Source of the DNA: an uncultured virus (IMG/VR IMGVR_UViG_3300050821_007680)
Lineage: Duplodnaviria; Heunggongvirae; Uroviricota; Caudoviricetes
Virus record (IMG/VR): IMGVR_UViG_3300050821_007680
DNA length: 64,000 bases
Direction: 5' to 3' (one strand)
The stretch's first letter is position 1; the number at the start of each line of letters is the position of its first letter. Below, in pieces: positions 57,128 through 64,000 of the stretch. Under the pieces are notes generated by a model. It did not search any database. It saw only the letters and a program-made list of their open reading frames with translations, and was not told where the DNA came from. A program made the position numbers and the translations under genes.

Positions 57128-57164
57128 TTTATCGTTGTTTTATCAATGGCTAAACCTTTGGGGA

Positions 57165-57419
57165 TTAAATTACAGTAGTACCAAGTGACATAATGCAGTA
57201 CCCTTCAGATAATCCAGGCACTTCTAAGTTGCGTATAACATCATTGACCATTACGACCAATTCTTCACCTGTATATCTATCATCTTTGGGTACGTATTCT
57301 CTTAGATGTAAATAATCCCCGGGCTGATACTTGCGGTCGTCTTTACGCAATTCAAATCGCTTTGAACCGTTTAATACCATTTGGAAGTATCTTGGCCATG
57401 TTTTTAGTTCGTGTATCAT
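57165..57419 (-). CDS. ASCH/PUA-like DUF3850 protein
   Basis: HELKTWP.YF..V..G.K.FELRKDDR.YQ.GD.L.LREY. Confidence 0.88.
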   Translation of the reverse strand: MIHELKTWPRYFQMVLNGSKRFELRKDDRKYQPGDYLHLREYVPKDDRYTGEELVVMVNDVIRNLEVPGLSEGYCIMSLGTTVI

Positions 57420-57516
57420 TTTTCTTTCACTAAGTTAACAAGTTTCACAGCAAGCCAAAAGGCAGCCCCTACCATTACCAAGCCGGTTAGGGCGGAATAG
57501 AGTGTCCAGAGAAAGA

Positions 57517-59920
57517 TCATGGGCGTAGTAGTTTACGTAACCGCATCACAAATGATAACTTATCCGGCTGTTTCTTCTTCCGCTTATTGATTTCAGCAAC
57601 ACGCTTTTTCAAGTTGCCAGGCATCTCGGTTTTTACAGTAGCATCTTTAAACTTTGGCATTATCGGTTTTTTTAACGGGCGTGCCTTATCACATAATCGT
57701 TCTTTATCATCTGCCGCCCATCCGGTATGCCCTTTAGGATTTTCCGGTTCGGGGGTAATTACTTTTAGGGTTGATTTGTTCATGGTTTTTAATTAATAAA
57801 TATTAAGATGCCTTTATATACTTTTTTAAAACCTTATAAAGCCAAAATGGCAAGTTGGTTTGCTTTTCTAAACCAAATCCATCATGATTTAAGCATTGGT
57901 ATCTGAATCCATTTTGATTTATTGAATAATATCCAGGGCCACAATAAACATGTAATTTATGTCTTGATTTAACAAAATCAAATTGATTTTTTGATAAAAT
58001 CTTAACTGCTATTTTCATATTTTTTTATTTAAAGTTCTTTTATTTTTCATCTTTCACATTTTTTAATTAAGCAAAAACAACATACTGGGATGCTGAATAT
58101 TGCATAGATTATTAGGATTATCATAGTTCTTTGATTTTTGAAATGAGCTTTTTAATTGCCTTATTTATACCTTCATCGTATAACATAGAGTACTTTTGAG
58201 TAATTTCAGATTTCAGTATTTCCACCACCCGATCTTTTAACCATGCTTGCTCTTGTTGTTTTTGCCAGTTTGCGCCAAATTCAGCCCCGCCAACAAACGC
58301 ATCGTCTGTATCATCATAACTGCCATCCAGTTTAAATAGAAAGTCTTTGGCTGCAATCTTAATGTCTTTGACGTTTAAAGTAATACCGTCCAGCTCCACG
58401 CTTTCTTTTACCTGGACTTCAAAATTATCTTTAATAACTTTAAATGTTTGAGGACTTGTCATTTTTTGTAAAAGAGGTAATGAGAGGCGGTATTTATCGA
58501 GCATGTCATCGCCGAATTGGTCTCGTGCATAAATTGCTACATATCTCCCTTTCTCATCAGGGCTTAATGCTTCGTATTCTGTTGGGGTGAGGGTTGGTTT
58601 CATTTGATTTTATACATAGAAGTATGGTAAATAATCTTGTTGTATGAATTTCGGATTACCGTTATTATCCATTAAACAATTATCATCTGGTGCATCGTAC
58701 ATTTCGTTTGCTGTGAAAATAACACCTTCTTTACCCCCTAAATTTATCGTGACCTTGCACTTAATTCTGGAGTCTTTTTCTATCATTATTTTTCTTGATG
58801 GCCTTTTCATTGCGTTATTATTTTAAAATGCCTCGGAGCGTCTATTTGATTGTCCTTAAAAATTTGATTAACTAATGTCAATTCCGAAACATCACCCTTC
58901 AAAACAAACCAATTATTACCACCTTTATCTACGAATAGACGCGGGTTAATCATATTTAGGCCACTTCCCCAAGCATCCCAAATTAAAATCCAAATACCGT
59001 TCCCCATGCTATTTATAATTATCGTTTTTTATTTGAATTCCTTCCATTTCTTTAGCTATTGCCTGTATTAAATCCTTTGTTGCGAATAGAGATAGCTCGG
59101 TATCATCGGTTATCGCCATAAGAAGCGTCAAGTATGACTTGAATAAGTCTTCGCCATGAAAAGCTGCTTTATGAATTTCTATTTTATCGTAGTAATCCAT
59201 TTCTCTGTTTGCTGAAATTGTGTTTAATTCGCTCATATTTTCATTTCGTTAAATATTTTTCTACATTAATATTGGTTATGCTGGATTTGTCGACTATAGT
59301 TTTATATCTTGGGTTGACTGGAGCGATATCCTGAATATACTCGGTCTTTATGGTCGCCCTTTCCGCCGCATCTTCCAGCACTTGTTTTATTATGGTGGTG
59401 ACTTCGGCTTTTGAATACATTTCGGCGGTTTTAAATGCTGCATAATCTTTCATGCAATCAATTTGTTGCTGTGTTTGCTTATTTTCCATCATCAACTAAT
59501 TTAATATTATCCTTAAAATAACTATAATCCGGTTCATCTTTTATATCCAACCTGAACCAAAGCCCATCAGCTATTACTCTTTTTATTATTCCTTTTTTGC
59601 CAATTAAGTTTCTATTCGTACATCCATCAGGGAGGCTTATCATCTCAACCAGGTTGCCTATTTCTTTACTTTCCATTATTTGATGTAGTTAAATTATCAC
59701 GCATGTCACTGCTAAATTTCATGCCTTTTACAAATCCCTGCTTAAAGAATATATCGGTTAACTCTGTAAACAATTGGGCCTCGATCAATCCAATAATTAA
59801 TTTTTGTTCATCTGTCCTAAATTTTAGGATTTCTTCGGTGCATCTTGTGATAGCTTCATCAACAAGGTTATTTATTTTGTTACTTTCCATTGTCTTTCTT
59901 TTTCTTCGGTTTCCCCACAT
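57517..59920 (-). CDS. Run of small hypothetical genes (57517-57783, 57803-58018, 58121-58603, 58610-58810, 58807-59007, 59009-59236, 59241-59495, 59479-59676, 59666-59890)
   Basis: Co-oriented, abutting or overlapping short ORFs; no function recognised. Confidence 0.65.
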
Positions 59921-60013
59921 CTATCAACTCATTACAAACCGTGCAATAGGTGCGGATTTCGGTTTCTGTGCCGGATTGAACGGTTGTGGGGTGAGGGCAA
60001 ATTTTGTTTTTAC

Positions 60014-60451
60014 TCATATTAATAGCAATTGCTTAAACCCGCCATCTTTTATCTTTTCATAATACGTCTTTTTGCCATCTGTTAAATACGGGAAAAACAA
60101 CTCCAGTGTATCAGCTTGTTCTAACCGTATCATTGTTAACTGAATTTCAACCCAATCCGATATTATCTTCCATGCGGTTCTTTCCGCTTGTTCAAAACAA
60201 ATTTCCAGACTTCTATTTGTAGGTTTTACATATTCGGCTAAAAACAATTTTTCAATGGCTTCTTTTTTACATGGCAATTGAAACGTTAATTGCATGCCAT
60301 TGCATGGCAAGATAAAGGCAATCCCTGAACATGTACCATTTTCATCGTACCGCTTCATTATATCTCTTGCCCCGGCCAAAACCAAATTCTTTTCAATTTT
60401 TGCCATTGATACCGATGCGCTTACTGTTGATGAATAATTTTTAATGTTCAT
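60014..60451 (-). CDS. Conserved phage hypothetical protein
   Basis: IKNYSS.V...[12 protein letters not shown]...F.PY. Confidence 0.75.
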   Translation of the reverse strand: MNIKNYSSTVSASVSMAKIEKNLVLAGARDIMKRYDENGTCSGIAFILPCNGMQLTFQLPCKKEAIEKLFLAEYVKPTNRSLEICFEQAERTAWKIISDWVEIQLTMIRLEQADTLELFFPYLTDGKKTYYEKIKDGGFKQLLLI

Positions 60452-60585
60452 TTTTACTTAGTTATTTTTATGCGGTTTTCATCATTAAAAATTAATTTTG
60501 ACAAGTGCCGCTCAAATCAATCAAATGTGCCGTTCCTTATCCTACTACCAAAAATAAAATTATCGTTTGAAATAGGCTATTTAAA

Positions 60586-60804
60586 TTACTTCCTGTAAAG
60601 GTAAACTTTGCCACATTGTTTGACATAAAAATTGTCCTTTTCAAGACCCGAATTAAAGAACCTTTCAACCTCTTTTTGCATCCGATCGATTGGTATATAA
60701 TCAACCAGCCGGTTAATTGAAATCACTTTATATCTGAATGGCCTAACATCGCCTTTCTTTACATACGGGTGAAATACAACGATCAATTCTTTTTTGAGGT
60801 TCAT
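60586..60804 (-). CDS. hypothetical protein
   Basis: Coupled overlap. Confidence 0.6.
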   Translation of the reverse strand: MNLKKELIVVFHPYVKKGDVRPFRYKVISINRLVDYIPIDRMQKEVERFFNSGLEKDNFYVKQCGKVYLYRK

Positions 60805-61139
60805 AACGGCAATGTATCTTCAAAGTGCAAATGTTGCTTCCCCTTAACCTTAATATCGCGCCCATTTTCACAAGACATGAATTTAATTCTTAGTCCAATG
60901 TTGTTACCTGGCCCCAGTTGATTATTCAACCAACCGATACAATACATTTCATCGTTACCATTCGAGTGGTGACACGCCATTGCATTGCCAATAGTAATAT
61001 TTAAATCCTTTGCTATTGTGCATTCTAATGCCCTATGACGTTCAACTGAATATCCGTCCGGTATTGTATGCGGGTTAGTCGAAACTTTCCAGGGGCATTT
61101 TGCACATTGTACTATTCTATTTAATTGAAACTTTTTCAT
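60801..61139 (-). CDS. Cys/His-rich protein (DUF6283-like)
   Basis: CAKCPW, MACH, CIGWL, N..LR. Confidence 0.65.
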   Translation of the reverse strand: MKKFQLNRIVQCAKCPWKVSTNPHTIPDGYSVERHRALECTIAKDLNITIGNAMACHHSNGNDEMYCIGWLNNQLGPGNNIGLRIKFMSCENGRDIKVKGKQHLHFEDTLPL

Positions 61140-63218
61140 ATCTTCTCATCGCTAAACAACTCCGCATACTCCTTAACCATTGTAAAAAACATCGCATTTT
61201 CACCGATCGAATAATCATTAACATTATCGGCTAAGTACTGGCTGACAACCCGGACATCCTCTTTGCAGTTGATTGCGTCGAAGTAGTCGAATATTTCGTG
61301 CGGGGTGTAGGGTTTAAAGGTCATACTGGTATGTCAATAACGGGTAAAACGGCTAACCAGCCTTTTATTACAAGCAACCCGATTGCGCTAACAAACCATG
61401 ATTTAATCAGGTCGCGAATTTTCTTGTTCCATATAAAGGATTGCTTTTCAAATTCAACCAAAATATCATAATCTTTATGCGGCCCGGTTATACACATCGT
61501 GCTATGATACAACTCGTAATTAGCCCAATGAATACTTTTCTTTACGCCTAAATAATAGCAGAGAACAATATCCTCAAATAAAAGAGGTGTTTTATCTTTA
61601 ACGCATTTACACATTGTCTGCAATAGCAATTCCTGACCCTTGGACATTTCGCGCCTGCGTTGGTTGCTTATTATTAGCCCCGTTTCTTTCATAACCAAAT
61701 TACAATTAACCCCACAACCGCCGCACCGACTAATATACCGGCGAAGAATGAGAGGGTGAGGTCGTGCGTGTAAGTGGATGTGTGTTTCATAATCCGTAAC
61801 TTTCTCTTATTTCCACCATTTTTGCATTGTGAACATCCATTGCTTCCTTTCCGACCACCTTGCATAATTCAGAGCACGCATACCGCTGCTGTTCATTTAC
61901 CACAAAATTCATTTGCTTCTGAAATAAAACATTTTGCTGGTGTAAATCTCGTGGTATTAACTTAGGGAGTGACTGCTGTTTTACAAATACCTTTAAATAA
62001 ATATTAATCTTTGGTATTAAATCCTGCTTACTAATGTAGTTTTGACTTATAATTAATTCAGCTATTTTTTCAGCAACGCTTAAAGTTGTTATTTCTGAAC
62101 CTTTCATGTTAAACCTTATCAAAATGAATAACACCATTCATCGCCATTACCATTAAAATAGCCGCCATTATAATTGACAGGACTAAAAAGCCAAGCAGTT
62201 GTTTTTGATTTGTTGTGAGGTTTTTGTAGTAAGTTTTCATATCTCTTTGTTTTTGTTAAGTCAAATATAATAATTAATTGCGTATTGTCAATAGTAATAT
62301 TTCTATTTATTTATAACTTGTTGATTATCAGACAATTTATTTTCAATTACAAACTTTTGATAGCCTATATGAATGTATTCTCCACCATACATAGCATATA
62401 TCGGGCAGTCGATCATTGGTATTTTTTTAGACTGCCTTACATTTTGTTGGCTTGTACGATGTTCGTTTGCGTATTGTTGGATTGTTTTTATCATGATTTT
62501 TTAATAAAGGAATTTCTAAATTGTTCCATTTTCTCAAATTCAATAGGATAGGTTATTTTTTGCCAATTTCGTCTTTCGCTTTCATGGCGTTCAAAGGCAT
62601 CTAAGTCAAATGACTTAAAGGCAAAATATCTCGCACCGCTTTCTTCAAATGTGCCATTTAATGAAAAATGGGTGTGATTTGGCCAACCGCCTTTTAATAA
62701 TTTTGAAACTCCAATTCCGTAATGATTGGCAATTAAGAATTTATTGCCCTGTTTGGTGGTAACCTCTATGGCTGGAATCAGTGAAAAATGATTACCATTC
62801 GATTTTACAAAATGGTCGTCTTTAAATGAGCCGTCTATTTCTTCTTTGGTATAGCATTCAAAATTATACCAGTATAACGGTTTTTCTGAATTTTCCTGTT
62901 GATTTACGTATCCAAACCTTACAGATACGGGGTCACCTTGCCATTGATATTTTTTCATGCTAAATCAATTGTATTAACGGGTTGAAATGGGCACCATGAA
63001 CCAGGTTCTACCCCATCGCCCCAATTGTTAAGATTGCCGCTAAAGGATAATTTCATTGGTGGTTGCGGCGCGGATTCATGAATACAATCATCCCGATAAA
63101 TTGGGTCATGTCCTGATTTTACCAAGCTATGTTTGTGGTATTTACAACCCTGGCATGTTGTGTATATTTTTGCCGGACGCATTTCATTTTTCGGCCCCTC
63201 TTGATTTGGATAACTCAT
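61136..63218 (-). CDS. Run of small hypothetical genes (61136-61324, 61321-, 61787-, 62303-62494 HTH-like, 62491-62958, 62955-63218 Cys-rich)
   Basis: Co-oriented coupled ORFs downstream of a TACCTTTG promoter at 63244-63251 (-). Confidence 0.65.
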
Positions 63219-63297
63219 TTTATGATTGTTTTATGTCAATTGACAAAGGTAGTAATTTTGTTTATAATATCAAACAACTATTTATTTATATTTGAAC

Positions 63298-64000
63298 ATG
63301 AGAAAATTCCTACTCCCTATCCTCTTATTACTAAGCCTTTCCGGGCTGGCGCAAACACTACAGGTCAATCCGATATTTAAAACCTTTTCACCACAACCAA
63401 CCATAACGGATAGTCTGTTTGTTACGTGGACGGGCAAGCCGGATGGATATTCGAAGTTTTATACGCAACATTGGATAAATGGATTAGGTGCTGGATATTT
63501 TAAAATCAGCAACAACTTATTCGAATCAACAAACTTCCCGCAACTACGCACAAACATAGGTTTAGGCACGGGTAGCGACGTCACATTTAAGACACTTTCA
63601 TTCACCGCCTTATTTCATAATTCAAGCCCGGCGACTGAATTTTTAACACTTGACGGATCGGGGAGGATAACGAGCAGGTTAATTTCGGAGGTATTAAGCG
63701 ACATAGGGGCTGAAGCTGTTACTAACAAAACAGCAACAGCTTCAAGTAATACAACAACCTACCCTAATTGGAGTGGTCTAAGTATATTAAATGCTCTAAA
63801 TGTTAAATATACTGATACAGCAGTCGCGCTTGGTAATTATATTCCGAAATATGTAAATAGTATTATACCATCCCAAAAGTCATTCCAGGCCACACAAACT
63901 TTTTTCGGAAATATTACAACTGAACCAGCAAACGGTTTTAATGGCAAGGCCGTTGTTTATAACGATCAAAATGGGTGGACAAACTTAGAAATTGATAACC
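63298..64000 (+). CDS. Tail-fibre-like protein with an N-terminal Sec signal peptide, partial (absent from the ORF track)
   Basis: Manual translation open to the window end: MRKFLLPILLLLSLSGLA|QT...LRTNIGLGTGSDVTF...EVLSDIGAEAVTNK...TTYP. Confidence 0.8.
   Translation, partial: MRKFLLPILLLLSLSGLAQTLQVNPIFKTFSPQPTITDSLFVTWTGKPDGYSKFYTQHWINGLGAGYFKISNNLFESTNFPQLRTNIGLGTGSDVTFKTLSFTALFHNSSPATEFLTLDGSGRITSRLISEVLSDIGAEAVTNKTATASSNTTTYPNWSGLSILNALNVKYTDTAVALGNYIPKYVNSIIPSQKSFQATQTFFGNITTEPANGFNGKAVVYNDQNGWTNLEIDN

Larger units (their letters stand above)
1..64000. mobile_element. Bacteroidota-infecting tailed phage genome segment with a podovirus-type, crAss-like virion module
   Basis: Terminase-portal-scaffold-capsid-tail-ejection gene order, endolysin, phage replication genes, many TAnnTTTG promoters, no host housekeeping genes. 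Confidence 0.95.

Overview
The whole window is part of a tailed dsDNA phage of a Bacteroidota host. Host evidence: repeated TAnnTTTG (-7) promoter elements, a DUF6371-type primase and signal peptides cleaved before Gln. The virion module is podovirus-type and crAss-like. From left to right: a lysis and accessory region (GH108 endolysin, holin candidate, exported nuclease, tRNA-like RNA, HD/SpoT-like hydrolase); a recombination and replication block (Gp3/RDF-like protein, PD-(D/E)xK-like nuclease, PolX, DNA methyltransferases, primase, two helicases, iteron origin, VRR-NUC); a non-coding junction with a dif-like Xer site; a five-gene glycosyltransferase/methyltransferase cluster and a triple-GroES protein; terminase, portal, scaffold, capsid, ring and muzzle proteins and ejection proteins; a translationally coupled GNAT + C39 peptidase + PurD-like ATP-grasp cassette; a block of small minus-strand genes; and the start of a fibre-like gene carrying a signal peptide. 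No integrase, replicative DNA polymerase or RNA polymerase was recognised in the window. The best candidates for undescribed systems are (i) the GNAT/C39/ATP-grasp cassette inside the virion operon, (ii) a recurring leader RNA in which an upstream loop is complementary to the loop of a terminator hairpin in front of the replication genes, and (iii) the glycosylation/O-methylation cluster. All product calls come from motif recognition by eye; no database searches were run.
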